Shown here one piece after another: positions 1-9,717 of a stretch of 64,000 nt of DNA. Within the stretch, counting starts at the first letter, position 1. Each line of letters starts with the position of its first letter. Both the position numbers and the translations under genes were made by a program. Source of the stretch: a virus; the IMG/VR virus record IMGVR_UViG_3300037294_000405, positions 32,001 through 96,000 of that record. The stretch is one strand, 5' to 3'. The notes under the pieces are model-generated. The model searched no databases. It saw only the letters and a program-made list of their open reading frames with translations, and was not told where the DNA came from.

Positions 1-477
1 TACTGTTGTACTACAACCACCACCATTACCAATACCAATTCTAATATAGTCAGCACCAGCGTTAGATAACTCAACATAAGTTTCTGGGTTGGCCACATTA
101 CCAACCATTAATGTCACTTTTGGTAAAATTCTTTTAATCTTTTTAGTAACAGTGATTAATTTTGACATGTGACCATTAGCTATATCAATTAAGTAAAAAC
201 CATTCGATTTTAAGCGTTTAGTTTTTAATTCTTCTTCTATTTCTTGTAAGGAATAAGATTCAAAACCACTATTGTTTTTTTCACCTCTGGGTAAACAGGT
301 GATTATTTTTAAATCAGAATAAATCAACTTATTTTCTTCACTTATAACTGTATCCATAGGTGCAGTTATAAGTGGTAAAAAAAATGTTTGTTGTGGGTTT
401 ATGTCTTGTCTACTACTTATTTTAGAAGTTTTGCTTGGTTTAATTAATATGTCGTTAAAGTCGAATTTTTCGTTCAT
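1..477 (-). CDS. IMP dehydrogenase / GMP reductase family protein (5' part, runs off window start)
   Basis: Not in the ORF track. Manual translation from ATG at 477 gives MNEKFDFNDILIKP...PLITAPMDTV...LIDIANGH...MVGNVAN...GADYIRIGIGNGGGCSTTV, matching the IMPDH/GMPR motifs including the catalytic-Cys loop. No CBS insert is present. Confidence 0.88.
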   Translation of the reverse strand, partial: MNEKFDFNDILIKPSKTSKISSRQDINPQQTFFLPLITAPMDTVISEENKLIYSDLKIITCLPRGEKNNSGFESYSLQEIEEELKTKRLKSNGFYLIDIANGHMSKLITVTKKIKRILPKVTLMVGNVANPETYVELSNAGADYIRIGIGNGGGCSTTV

Positions 478-482
478 TTTGT

Positions 483-1064
483 TTAGTTTTTACCAGTTGA
501 CCCGAAACCACCTTCACCACGTTCTGTGTTTATCGATATTTCGTTAACTTTTGTTAATTTAATAATGTTTTTTGCTGTTACCGATGCCACAACCCCTTGG
601 GCTATTCTATCACCGTGATTAACTATAAAATCTTCGTAACCTAGATTAATTAATATAATTTTTATTTCACCTCTGTAATCAGCATCTATAGTACCAGGCG
701 TGTTTAAAACTGTCACTCCATTTTTAGCAGCTAACCCACTACGTGGTCTTATTTGAATCTCAAAATTTTCTGGGATTTCAAAAAATAACCCTGTTGGTAT
801 GATTTCTCTTTTGCCAGATGGTATCGTTAATGATTCGGTTAAATTAGCTCTTAAATCAAAACCAGATGACCCAGCAGTTTCGTACTGTGGGTCTTCGTTG
901 GTTGATTTATTTAAAAAGCTTAGTTTTATTTTATAATAATCTTCGTCAACACTAATAGTTGATGGGTTACTAGTAAACTCGTTGTCGAAATCTTCTTGCG
1001 AATAAGGGTTATTTGGGTCTACAACTTCTAAAAGTCTCGCTCTCATTTTTTCAACTATCTCCAT
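483..1064 (-). CDS. dut: trimeric dUTPase
   Basis: Motifs [30 protein letters not shown] and the C-terminal [10 protein letters not shown]. Confidence 0.97.
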   Translation of the reverse strand: MEIVEKMRARLLEVVDPNNPYSQEDFDNEFTSNPSTISVDEDYYKIKLSFLNKSTNEDPQYETAGSSGFDLRANLTESLTIPSGKREIIPTGLFFEIPENFEIQIRPRSGLAAKNGVTVLNTPGTIDADYRGEIKIILINLGYEDFIVNHGDRIAQGVVASVTAKNIIKLTKVNEISINTERGEGGFGSTGKN

Positions 1065-1633
1065 TATTTACCAGCTTTGGTTTTTTCATGTTTAATAGCA
1101 AACGTATTACCCGTTTTTAATAAGTCACCTAATGTGGTGTTATGGTATTCAGCCATTTTATCGTCTGTTTTATCAAACATAATAATAGCAGCGTATTCTT
1201 CTTCATTAAAGACAATACCGTGAGATAAAGCGTAATAAAGACTACGTTCACTTACTCGCATAGACACTAAATCTTCATTGAAGTCATACATCTTACCTTG
1301 ATTCTTACGGTGCCATTCAGAGGCACATGGCGTGTATAGGTTGGCCTTACCTATTTGATGTAACAGACAAACCTTAAGCAAAGATGCTTGGTCTACTTGT
1401 TCAGATTCTGGTAAGACTTTGTTTATTAACACAGCATACTGTGCCACTCTTAATGAATGGTCAATAAGACCACCTTCAAAAGCGTTGTGTAATGATTCCA
1501 TGGTAGATGCTGGCGCTTTGATAAAAGCTTCACCTAAGAAGGTCATCAACTCATTGTTCATGAAACCTAATTTTGTTGCAGTATCAAAATATTTTTTTGT
1601 GTTAGCAACGATTTTTTCTTGTTCTAAAGACAT
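1064..1633 (-). CDS. HD-domain protein (YhaM-like HD fold, degenerate HQ motif)
   Basis: APAS...[15 protein letters not shown]...LLHQIGK resembles the APA..HH...GGL.EH...LLHDIGK pattern, with Asp replaced by Gln. Confidence 0.7.
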   Translation of the reverse strand: MSLEQEKIVANTKKYFDTATKLGFMNNELMTFLGEAFIKAPASTMESLHNAFEGGLIDHSLRVAQYAVLINKVLPESEQVDQASLLKVCLLHQIGKANLYTPCASEWHRKNQGKMYDFNEDLVSMRVSERSLYYALSHGIVFNEEEYAAIIMFDKTDDKMAEYHNTTLGDLLKTGNTFAIKHEKTKAGK

Positions 1634-1667
1634 TGTTTTTTTGTTTAAATGTGTTATATATTTTTTA

Positions 1668-1698
1668 CAAATATACGAACAAAAAACCTAAAAAACAA
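1668..1698 (-). promoter_or_regulatory. Bacteroidota-type housekeeping promoter (TTG-N20-TATATTTG)
   Basis: On the + strand CAAATATA at 1668-1675 and CAA at 1696-1698; lies upstream of the HD/dut/IMPDH run. Confidence 0.65.
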
Positions 1699-1709
1699 GT
1701 CTTTTAGTA

Positions 1710-2180
1710 TTATTTTTTAGGTTTTATTTCATATGTAGTTTTAGAAACTGTATCATCAACAATAACTTTTTCAACACCATTTTCAGTGATTACATTAATA
1801 GTACCACCAGAAACAACAATACCTTCTTCATTAAGTTTTTCTGTTTTTAAATCTTCAGAAATTTTTTCTTTAAGTTTTTTAATTTCAGCACCAAATCCTT
1901 TTCGTTGAATAGCTAATTGATTGTTTATGTGTGCTTGGTCGTTTGTTTTAGTTTCAACTCTATCCATTAAGTTTTTAATATAACTAGCATCAGCACCAAT
2001 ATTATCAATCGGTGATTTTAATTTAGTTATTACGTCATCAGATATTTCTGTGTTAAGTTTAGGGTTAAAATCTTCGATTAATAAACCCTTACCTTTTCTT
2101 ACTTCTGTTTGCTCTTCATCGCTAGTTAAGTATTCAGCTATAAAGTCAAATACTAATTTTAAATCGTTTTTTTTACTCAT
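1710..2180 (-). CDS. hypothetical protein
   Basis: 156-aa ORF co-oriented and tightly packed with neighbours; no recognisable motif. Confidence 0.7.
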   Translation of the reverse strand: MSKKNDLKLVFDFIAEYLTSDEEQTEVRKGKGLLIEDFNPKLNTEISDDVITKLKSPIDNIGADASYIKNLMDRVETKTNDQAHINNQLAIQRKGFGAEIKKLKEKISEDLKTEKLNEEGIVVSGGTINVITENGVEKVIVDDTVSKTTYEIKPKK

Positions 2181-2186
2181 GATTTG

Positions 2187-3425
2187 TTATTTTGTTATTT
2201 TGTTATTTAGTAAATTTAAGTATAAAGTTCTTCTTTGTTCGGTAACTTTATCCATAGAGTAGATGTCTTTAATTGTATTGTGAAGATTTTCTTGTAATGC
2301 TGTCACAACTTCTGGGTTTTGAATCAATTTTTTTATCGCTGAATACCAATCCTTATGGTTTTTATTTGAATCGACCAATACACTGTTGGCTGTCATGTCA
2401 AAACCACCACCATATTTGATTGTATTTTTTAAATCAATTTTATACGGCCCAAAGTTTTGCGCTATAATAGCTTTATGGTGAAAACCAGCTTCAATTACTT
2501 TTAATTGACTTTTAACTTTGTTAAATATGTTTTCTTCTAAAGGTGCTAGAGAAATATCAAATAAATTATAGTTTGAAGCATATGTAGAAATTGGTTTAGT
2601 CCAAACACGTCTATACGGTTCATTACTAATATTAGGGTACTCATCTAAAGTAAATTTCATTAAAAAATCTTTATACTCTGGACTAATCGTTTGATAGTTA
2701 TCAGTAAAAATCTGTTCATATTTATACCAAACACTTTCCAACGGTTTAATAGCTCTAGTTTTTTGTTCACCAGTAGTACTATCAATCATTGTATGCGTAC
2801 CTCTAGTGTCAAAACCACATAACACAAATTGTACTTTATCCAATAAACCATCTGCCCTTAAACGACCAACAACATTGTTAAGTATTTCTAAATCTTTTAA
2901 GTGTGAAGAACCACCTAACCAACCAATTCTAATTCTATCAGATTTTTCTAAGTTTGGTGTAAATTGTTTTTCTGTAGGGTCAATGGCGTTAGGTAAAACA
3001 AAAACATTTTTATTAATTTTTTTGATTTCGTCAGCAAATAAACTAGTAGTAGTTGTAATATTTTTAGCAACTTTAAGGTTGTTAAGTATTTTTTTATCGA
3101 TTTCATTATTTTTAATTAAATGATATGCTGGGTGGTGTGTACCTGGAGCCCAATAATCATCTAAATCCATAATAGAAACAATACCCAAGGAATTAAACTT
3201 TTCAATTAAAGATTCCATTTGTTCGTATGGTCCAAGCGTTCTATGATAATGAATGATATCGTATTGTTTTAACCAATCGTCATTGTTTAACTGTGGTTCG
3301 TAATCCACGTCAACATGGAATTCTGATGGGTATTTATTTTCTAATGCAATATGTGGGTTGGTACTTCTAAAATACGAAACACCTGTTCTATCGCTAGGCA
3401 CAACTAGCACTTTTAATTTTTTCAT
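2187..3425 (-). CDS. glycosyltransferase (GT-B fold, GT4-like)
   Basis: MDLDDYW, VLPNAID, RIGWLGGSSH and DISLAPLEENIFNKVKSQLKVIEAG, typical of phage GT-B enzymes. Confidence 0.85.
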   Translation of the reverse strand: MKKLKVLVVPSDRTGVSYFRSTNPHIALENKYPSEFHVDVDYEPQLNNDDWLKQYDIIHYHRTLGPYEQMESLIEKFNSLGIVSIMDLDDYWAPGTHHPAYHLIKNNEIDKKILNNLKVAKNITTTTSLFADEIKKINKNVFVLPNAIDPTEKQFTPNLEKSDRIRIGWLGGSSHLKDLEILNNVVGRLRADGLLDKVQFVLCGFDTRGTHTMIDSTTGEQKTRAIKPLESVWYKYEQIFTDNYQTISPEYKDFLMKFTLDEYPNISNEPYRRVWTKPISTYASNYNLFDISLAPLEENIFNKVKSQLKVIEAGFHHKAIIAQNFGPYKIDLKNTIKYGGGFDMTANSVLVDSNKNHKDWYSAIKKLIQNPEVVTALQENLHNTIKDIYSMDKVTEQRRTLYLNLLNNKITK

Positions 3426-3458
3426 GGATTTTCTTTTTTAAAACTTTTTATGAATACC

Positions 3459-3466
3459 CAAATATA
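3459..3466 (-). promoter_or_regulatory. TAnnTTTG -7 promoter element
   Basis: TATATTTG on the - strand about 34 nt upstream of the glycosyltransferase ATG. Confidence 0.5.
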
Positions 3467-3489
3467 GAACATTAAAAATATTAGTAAAT

Positions 3490-3519
3490 AAAAAAAGGCC
3501 CGTTTGGACCTTTTTTTTT
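3490..3519. terminator. intrinsic terminator (imperfect hairpin with A and T tails)
   Basis: AAAAAAAGGCCCGTTTGGACCTTTTTTTTT directly after the stop of 3524..4114. Confidence 0.6.
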
Positions 3520-3523
3520 GACA

Positions 3524-4114
3524 TTATTTCTTTTTTGTTGCGATTTTACCTTCTCTGATTAACAAGTTAATTGTTTTTTTGATTGTTTCTTCGGTTATAG
3601 TTTTATCATAAACTTGTTTGAAGAAAGTATTTATACCCTCATTAATCATTTCTTTTAATTCTGTTTTACTAATAGTAACCATTTCAGAATTTTGTTGTGG
3701 TTTTTGAATATTTTCATTAACCATTGGTTTAGGTTGTGTAGGTTTTTTAATTGGAGCACCTGTAATTCTAGAAATATCTTCAGCGGTAAACTTGGATGGT
3801 GGAGCGCTAAGTCTAGGTATTCTATTTTTAAGCATAGCTTCTTTTACGTTAGCTGGTAATTTAGAATTCATAACTTGTTCTTCAGTATAATCTTGAACAT
3901 TTGTTGGGTCGAAACTATTTTGTTGTGTTTCATAGTTTTCATAGATTGGTTCTCTTTCATCTTTTTCATCATAACCAGAGTCATAACTTTCTGCCATAAC
4001 ACTACCTCTTGATTCCTTAACTGGTTTTTCAGTTTCAACCTTGGACATTATTTGCCTAGATTTTGCTAATATCCCACTTAATTCAGATAAATTAACTGGT
4101 ACTGGTGTTTCCAT
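3524..4114 (-). CDS. hypothetical protein (possible internal head protein)
   Basis: 196-aa ORF, low complexity, several [ILMV]-x-E sites. Confidence 0.65.
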   Translation of the reverse strand: METPVPVNLSELSGILAKSRQIMSKVETEKPVKESRGSVMAESYDSGYDEKDEREPIYENYETQQNSFDPTNVQDYTEEQVMNSKLPANVKEAMLKNRIPRLSAPPSKFTAEDISRITGAPIKKPTQPKPMVNENIQKPQQNSEMVTISKTELKEMINEGINTFFKQVYDKTITEETIKKTINLLIREGKIATKKK

Positions 4115-4128
4115 ATTTCTTCTTATTT

Positions 4129-4608
4129 TTATATTTCTTTATTTGTTGGTGCTTGACTAATATCGCTTCTTTGTCTAGTAAATGTATCTGGATTAACTTT
4201 TTTATTAACAACAGACATACTTCTATCACCTGTTTGATTATATGCTGGAATACCTGTATTAATATCGGATACTGGGTTTTGCCATTTCATATTTGTTGGA
4301 TACCAACCTTCAATTCTATCTAATCTAAATATTTTCCAAGCACCACTTTTTGGTGTTGTTTTAGAACCACCAAAAATTTGATAAGCCCTTATACAATCAT
4401 TACCCGCTTTAGTTTTAGCTAAATTGTAAACTTGAATATATCTTTTACTAGGTTCTTGACCTTCATAATCTCTATATAAAATGTTTACGTTATATTTACC
4501 ATCTATAGCAGCATTAACATCATTAACAGCTACACCCTCAGAAATAATCTGACGAGTTTTGTTAATTTCTTCTAATATAACTTCTTTAAATAGATTGTAA
4601 AGTTTCAT
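4129..4608 (-). CDS. WYL-domain protein
   Basis: ILYRD...SKRYIQVY...IRAYQ...WKIFRLDRI matches the WYL-domain R.FRLDRI signature; no HTH is attached. Confidence 0.7.
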   Translation of the reverse strand: MKLYNLFKEVILEEINKTRQIISEGVAVNDVNAAIDGKYNVNILYRDYEGQEPSKRYIQVYNLAKTKAGNDCIRAYQIFGGSKTTPKSGAWKIFRLDRIEGWYPTNMKWQNPVSDINTGIPAYNQTGDRSMSVVNKKVNPDTFTRQRSDISQAPTNKEI

Positions 4609-4617
4609 TGTTTTTTT

Positions 4618-5076
4618 TTAAATAATTACTTGTCCTATATTAAGAGAGGTGTTTGGTAATGTGTAATCATCACCAGCAACTTGAGAAGGTCCATAACCCC
4701 AAGTAGCAGCGTTAAGTGTTACTTGTGAGTTTCTACCAGAACCATTAACACCCAAAGTACCATTGATGTCTTCAACGTTACCACCGTTATAGTTTGTTAT
4801 TGCCCCGTAAATACCTTGAGAAATACCGTCACCAGTACCTCTACCATTGTATGGTGATTGTAGGTCAGTGATAGCATTGGTGTTAGTAGCACCATATTTA
4901 TCATTTACGTTACCAGTTATTTGAGGGTTTTTGTAGGGTCCTTGGAAAGCGTATTTTCCAGTACCGATAGCTGATTGGTTGATTATGGCTAATCTACCAG
5001 AACCAGGGTATAATGTATTACCATTAATTGCATAAAATTCTAGCGGGGATTGCCCACCATTGTAAACTTGTGGCAT
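4618..5076 (-). CDS. Gly/Asn-rich hypothetical protein, probable virion component
   Basis: 152-aa ORF with G/N/T-rich composition in the same operon. Confidence 0.6.
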   Translation of the reverse strand: MPQVYNGGQSPLEFYAINGNTLYPGSGRLAIINQSAIGTGKYAFQGPYKNPQITGNVNDKYGATNTNAITDLQSPYNGRGTGDGISQGIYGAITNYNGGNVEDINGTLGVNGSGRNSQVTLNAATWGYGPSQVAGDDYTLPNTSLNIGQVII

Positions 5077-5079
5077 GTT

Positions 5080-5520
5080 TTATAAGTTTTGTTTTTTGTT
5101 ATTATTCATGTATTCTATTAAATATCTGATTTCAGAAATTTCTTTTGTTATTCCCTCACTTAAAGCTTGAGAGTTATTTAATATTTTATGTTTTTCACCA
5201 CCATCATGGTTACTTTTTCTAGATACACTAGGTATATTAATATCAGTTGGTGATTTTTCATCTTGATACATATTGTTAGGGTTTGTATCTTTTTGAGTTT
5301 TTCTTCTGAACTCATCAGCTTTTTTAGGGACTTCAACAACTGTTTCGATTTCATTAAATCTAGCGTCACCACCTAATGTGTTATATTCAACACAATTTTT
5401 GGTGTTAAGACAAATTTCTTTTGCTGTTTTAAGTCTAGATAATTCCATAGCATATGCTTGGTGTTTTTTACCTTCTTCTTTACCAGTAGTTAAAACTTTG
5501 TCTTTTATATTGCTGTTCAT
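5080..5520 (-). CDS. hypothetical protein
   Basis: 146-aa ORF, tightly packed. Confidence 0.65.
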   Translation of the reverse strand: MNSNIKDKVLTTGKEEGKKHQAYAMELSRLKTAKEICLNTKNCVEYNTLGGDARFNEIETVVEVPKKADEFRRKTQKDTNPNNMYQDEKSPTDINIPSVSRKSNHDGGEKHKILNNSQALSEGITKEISEIRYLIEYMNNNKKQNL

Positions 5521-5522
5521 CG

Positions 5523-6014
5523 TTAAATATTTTTTGGTTTGTTTTCATTTTTTTTACCATCCAATGCTTTTTTAATATCTTCAATTTGAGTATCGGTTAA
5601 ATCAATATCATTAATTGTGTCAATTATTTTAGCTAATTTTGGGTTATGGTTTTTATCAGTAACATCAGAATTTTTACTTTTTTTAACCAAATCTTCTATT
5701 TTTTCTTCTACTGTTTTCTTTTTTACAATGGTTTTTACATCATCTTCCCTTAAACCATAATTAACCGCCACACCACCAGTCCTAGAACCGCCAAAACTAT
5801 AAACAGCAAACCATGGAATGTTTTGTCTGTAACGACCAAATACCTTGTCTGTTGTTGTTGCCATACCTTTTTCGTAATCAGAATTATCATTGTATGGTTT
5901 TTCAATTGGTCCAGTTTCTATTTCACTGTCATTAGTGACATTTCTATCACTTCCATCAGAAAAAATATCACCGCCAACTGATTCAGTCAATTGTTTCTTT
6001 TTAAATGTTGCCAT
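5523..6014 (-). CDS. hypothetical protein
   Basis: 163-aa ORF preceded by the ATATTTAT motif on the - strand (6031-6038). Confidence 0.65.
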   Translation of the reverse strand: MATFKKKQLTESVGGDIFSDGSDRNVTNDSEIETGPIEKPYNDNSDYEKGMATTTDKVFGRYRQNIPWFAVYSFGGSRTGGVAVNYGLREDDVKTIVKKKTVEEKIEDLVKKSKNSDVTDKNHNPKLAKIIDTINDIDLTDTQIEDIKKALDGKKNENKPKNI

Positions 6015-6029
6015 AAATTATTGTTTTAT

Positions 6030-6061
6030 TATAAATATATTCAAAAAGTAGAATATTTATA
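6030..6061. promoter_or_regulatory. divergent pair of ATATTTAT(A) candidate late-promoter motifs
   Basis: - strand copy at 6031-6038 and + strand copy at 6053-6060, each 16 nt from the ATG of its divergent gene. Confidence 0.55.
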
Positions 6062-6076
6062 ATAAAACCTATAAAT

Positions 6077-7894
6077 ATGGCATTTAGAACAAAATTAGAT
6101 TTTTCTAACAATAGACAAGTTAAACAAGACATAGAAACAACTACTGTTTTATCTGGTGCGACTAATTTTGGTGTACCGTTTGGTAATCTACCAACAGGTC
6201 CAAACCTTTTAACTAGTGGTGTAACTCAAAATTATTTTGTTTTGAGTGATTTTTCTGGGAATAATACAACAACAAATTTTACGTGGGGTGACCCTATTAT
6301 GGTCTTAGGTGAACCATATTTATCTGCAATAACACCCACTAATTCGGCAACAACTCAAACAATCGACCCCGTTTTTTATTCTGAAACAACAACTGTAATT
6401 GATGGAAATTTAGTAAATTTAACATACACTGGTTTTTCATACGATGTAGATGTTTTAACTATGGATGATTTAGGTGGTGGAAATTATAGTGGTACGGTAC
6501 AAACTAACGACTTATTTTATTTATCAGCTGGGACTTTAGATTTTACTGGAAGAACAATATGGGCTGACGTGTCTGGTATTACAAGAACCGATAGATTAAT
6601 TGTTACAAATAACCCACAAGTAGGTTATGTATTGACATGCATCGACTCTGAAGGCATGGTTGGGTTTTTACCTAGTTCTGGTGGTACTAGTGGGTTAACA
6701 CCAAGTATTTGGGTGGCTGGAACTGGTATTTCTTCAGCAGTATTGAGTGGGTCTGGTGGTTTTGCTAGTGGAGATTATTCTGTTGTTGAGGGTTATTATA
6801 GTTCAGCTTCTGGTTTTAGTAGTCATGCTGAAGGTGCTACTACTGTTGCGTCTGGTGCTTATTCACATAGTGAGGGTAAGGATACATTTGCGACTGGTAA
6901 TAGTAGCCATGCTGAAGGTGATAGTGTAACAGCGATTGGTGTGGGAAGTCATGCTGAAGGTAATGGAACACAAGCTAATGGTGACGCATCACATGCTGAG
7001 GGGGTTGGAACGATAGCTAGTGGTAATGCATCACATGCTGAAGGTAGTGCAACACAGGCTAACGGTATTGCTTCATTTGCTGGTGGTACTAAGACCATAG
7101 CAAATGGTAACACATCTTTTGTTTATGGTTCTGGTTCGACAACTAACGCTGATTATACTATTGTTTTAGGTAACGGTATTACTGGTTCAACAACAAACAC
7201 AACATACGTTGATTATTTAAACATTAAGCGAATACTATCAACAGCATCAGTTAATGATGTTAGAGTTGATGCCAATGGTAATCTTACTACCAATACTTCA
7301 GATGAACGACTTAAAGAAAACATAACACCATTGACTGGTGCGTTGGCTAAAATAAAAGCTCTTCAAGGAGTTACCTATCAATGGAAAGATAGAAAAGCTG
7401 GAACTGATGCTGTCAAATTAGGTTTTATAGCACAACAAGTAGAAATCGTTGAACCTTTATTGGTGTTTACAAATAAAGATGAAGATGGTTATAAAGGATT
7501 ACATATTGATGGTGTGATACCTTTGTTAGTTGAGGCAATTAAAGAGATAACTTCTGGGGTAGCATCTAATCAATTTTTAGAAACACAAACAATATTAGCT
7601 GAAGATAATAATATTGATTTGAATTATAATGGTACAGCGGAAACAGGGGTTGATGGTGGAATCAGAGTTTTACACGCAAAAGGTAGTGATTTATCAGCTG
7701 ATTTAGTTACAGATTCAGAAGGTAACTGGACCACAAATAATGATTTTAAACCTAACACATTAACAATACCACAATACACACCAACTTCATCTAGTGATAT
7801 GTTTGGAACATTAGGTAACATCGCTAGAGATGAGGATTACGTATATGTTAAAACAAGTACTGGGTGGAAACGTGCTAACTTAGAAAGCTTTTAA
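6077..7894 (+). CDS. tail fibre/spike protein with SHAEG beta-roll repeats and a peptidase S74 chaperone domain
   Basis: 14-aa periodic SHAEG repeats (YadA-head-like); SDERLKENI...GFIAQQVE intramolecular chaperone motif. Confidence 0.82.
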   Translation: MAFRTKLDFSNNRQVKQDIETTTVLSGATNFGVPFGNLPTGPNLLTSGVTQNYFVLSDFSGNNTTTNFTWGDPIMVLGEPYLSAITPTNSATTQTIDPVFYSETTTVIDGNLVNLTYTGFSYDVDVLTMDDLGGGNYSGTVQTNDLFYLSAGTLDFTGRTIWADVSGITRTDRLIVTNNPQVGYVLTCIDSEGMVGFLPSSGGTSGLTPSIWVAGTGISSAVLSGSGGFASGDYSVVEGYYSSASGFSSHAEGATTVASGAYSHSEGKDTFATGNSSHAEGDSVTAIGVGSHAEGNGTQANGDASHAEGVGTIASGNASHAEGSATQANGIASFAGGTKTIANGNTSFVYGSGSTTNADYTIVLGNGITGSTTNTTYVDYLNIKRILSTASVNDVRVDANGNLTTNTSDERLKENITPLTGALAKIKALQGVTYQWKDRKAGTDAVKLGFIAQQVEIVEPLLVFTNKDEDGYKGLHIDGVIPLLVEAIKEITSGVASNQFLETQTILAEDNNIDLNYNGTAETGVDGGIRVLHAKGSDLSADLVTDSEGNWTTNNDFKPNTLTIPQYTPTSSSDMFGTLGNIARDEDYVYVKTSTGWKRANLESF

Positions 7895-7896
7895 CG

Positions 7897-9630
7897 ATGG
7901 GAAATATTAAAAATTTTAACTTTAACAAACTAGACCTAAAATTGTCCAATAGCGATTATTGGGACTTTTATTTGGCCAATGATTCCCAAGATGAAATAAA
8001 TTATGGTGGTTTAGATTCTAATGGCTGTTTAGCTGTATGGTATGATTTTAATGACCCTTTGATATATCAAAATAGTATTGGTATAGAAACCATTGTTAGT
8101 TTAGCAGCTTGGGATGGAGCGGTTAATAGTGGTTATACTTTCCCCACATTTGGTTTAACTGGTTTAGATAATGGTAAGTTAAGATATGTTAAATCGTTTG
8201 GCGATGAGTCTAATATTGGTTTATTAGATATTTTAAATACAACTAACTTAACAATACCAGCTAATGATTTTAGATTAAAATTAAATTTAGTTAGTGGTTC
8301 AACCAACCAATTTGTTTACCCTATCGAGTTGGTTAATGACACTACCCCTATTGGTACTAGATTAAGACTAAGTGGTGGTTTTTATCAAGGTTTTTATAAA
8401 ATAGATGGTTCAACATATGAAGTATTACCTACTAGGACTAAGAAAGCGTGGGTTGCTGATTTTTGGTTAAATAAAACAGAAATATCGCATACTGGCACTA
8501 CTTTAAATGACTTATACCCTAACAATAAGGGTTTTTTCTTTTACATGGGTACTAGAGCGGAAAATAAATTTTGGAATATTTTTGATGGAAATAATACAGG
8601 CTGCACAATAAATTGCACATCTGATACAGGTTGTACTGATACGATAACAAATTTTTGTACAACAATTAAAGAAACAACTATTGATATTTTAGATGAACCA
8701 TCTAGTATTATGGTGCCTTTAAGTCCCCCACAAATAAAAATTGAAAAAATCACAAACCAATTTTTGATTTATGGTAGAGCTGATGATAATTATAAGTGCA
8801 ACAAATGTGGTTCGGGTAGAGACAACCGACCATTTGGTCGTGAAACAGTTTGTTCTTATAGTGGTGGTGGTATTTTTGTTAGTAGTTTAGAAACAAAAAA
8901 AACAGATTATACTAACCCATTTTTGGTTTATGGTAGAGCAAAAGATAACCAAACATGTACTGGTTGTGGTAATAGAACTAGTGATGGTTATGGTCGTGAA
9001 ACAGTTTGTTCTTATAGTGGTGATAGCGAACCTAAATATGAAGTAGATAAAGATGTAGACATAATTGATAACGCTGTTGGTTTTAGAATTAAAGACGATG
9101 GTAGTATTGGTTATAGAAGCTTAAAATTGACTGGTCAGTGTAGTGACGATATTTATGTTACTGGTGTTACAATAGATGAACATTATTCACCAGCTGGTAT
9201 TGTAAAAGATGATGAATGGAGTAAAATAAGTATACGTTTTGTTGCAAATGAAACGTATACTGAACAAGAATTAATATGTAAAAATAGAAGAAAAGGGCGT
9301 TTAATGATTTATGTTAATTGTAGATTAAAAGTCGTTTTTGATAATTTTGAAGAGTTTATAGCTAAAAGATTAGACGAATATTACGCCAAACAAATTGGCG
9401 TACCGTTTAATCTAAGTATTGGAGGTGGTTCACAAGGATTGCTAGAAAACATGACTTTTGATGGGCAAGATATTAATGATTTAGGTTTAAACATAGAGAG
9501 AAATTTTGCTGGTACTTTTATCGGTGAAATATCAGAGTTTAAGTTTAACATTTGTGATATAACTTTTAACGATATAGATATCAGTTGTAAAGTAGATGGT
9601 GGGAAATATGGTTTACCAAGCAATAGATAG
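7897..9630 (+). CDS. virion structural protein with LamG/ConA-like C-terminal signature and Cys-rich repeat
   Basis: W..I.....LMIYVNC...LSIGGG...FIGEISEF pattern; two YGRA...CxxCG...GRETVCSYSG repeats. Confidence 0.6.
   Translation: MGNIKNFNFNKLDLKLSNSDYWDFYLANDSQDEINYGGLDSNGCLAVWYDFNDPLIYQNSIGIETIVSLAAWDGAVNSGYTFPTFGLTGLDNGKLRYVKSFGDESNIGLLDILNTTNLTIPANDFRLKLNLVSGSTNQFVYPIELVNDTTPIGTRLRLSGGFYQGFYKIDGSTYEVLPTRTKKAWVADFWLNKTEISHTGTTLNDLYPNNKGFFFYMGTRAENKFWNIFDGNNTGCTINCTSDTGCTDTITNFCTTIKETTIDILDEPSSIMVPLSPPQIKIEKITNQFLIYGRADDNYKCNKCGSGRDNRPFGRETVCSYSGGGIFVSSLETKKTDYTNPFLVYGRAKDNQTCTGCGNRTSDGYGRETVCSYSGDSEPKYEVDKDVDIIDNAVGFRIKDDGSIGYRSLKLTGQCSDDIYVTGVTIDEHYSPAGIVKDDEWSKISIRFVANETYTEQELICKNRRKGRLMIYVNCRLKVVFDNFEEFIAKRLDEYYAKQIGVPFNLSIGGGSQGLLENMTFDGQDINDLGLNIERNFAGTFIGEISEFKFNICDITFNDIDISCKVDGGKYGLPSNR
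8835..9022 (+). repeat. 32-nt exact direct repeat, 156-nt period
   Basis: TGGTCGTGAAACAGTTTGTTCTTATAGTGGTG at 8835-8866 and 8991-9022. Confidence 0.9.
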
Positions 9631-9717
9631 CTTGAAACTGATTTAACAATTTTTGGTGATGGAGACAACCAATTTTATATTATAGATAAAGAATAAAAAA
9701 TTATATTAAAAAAAACT

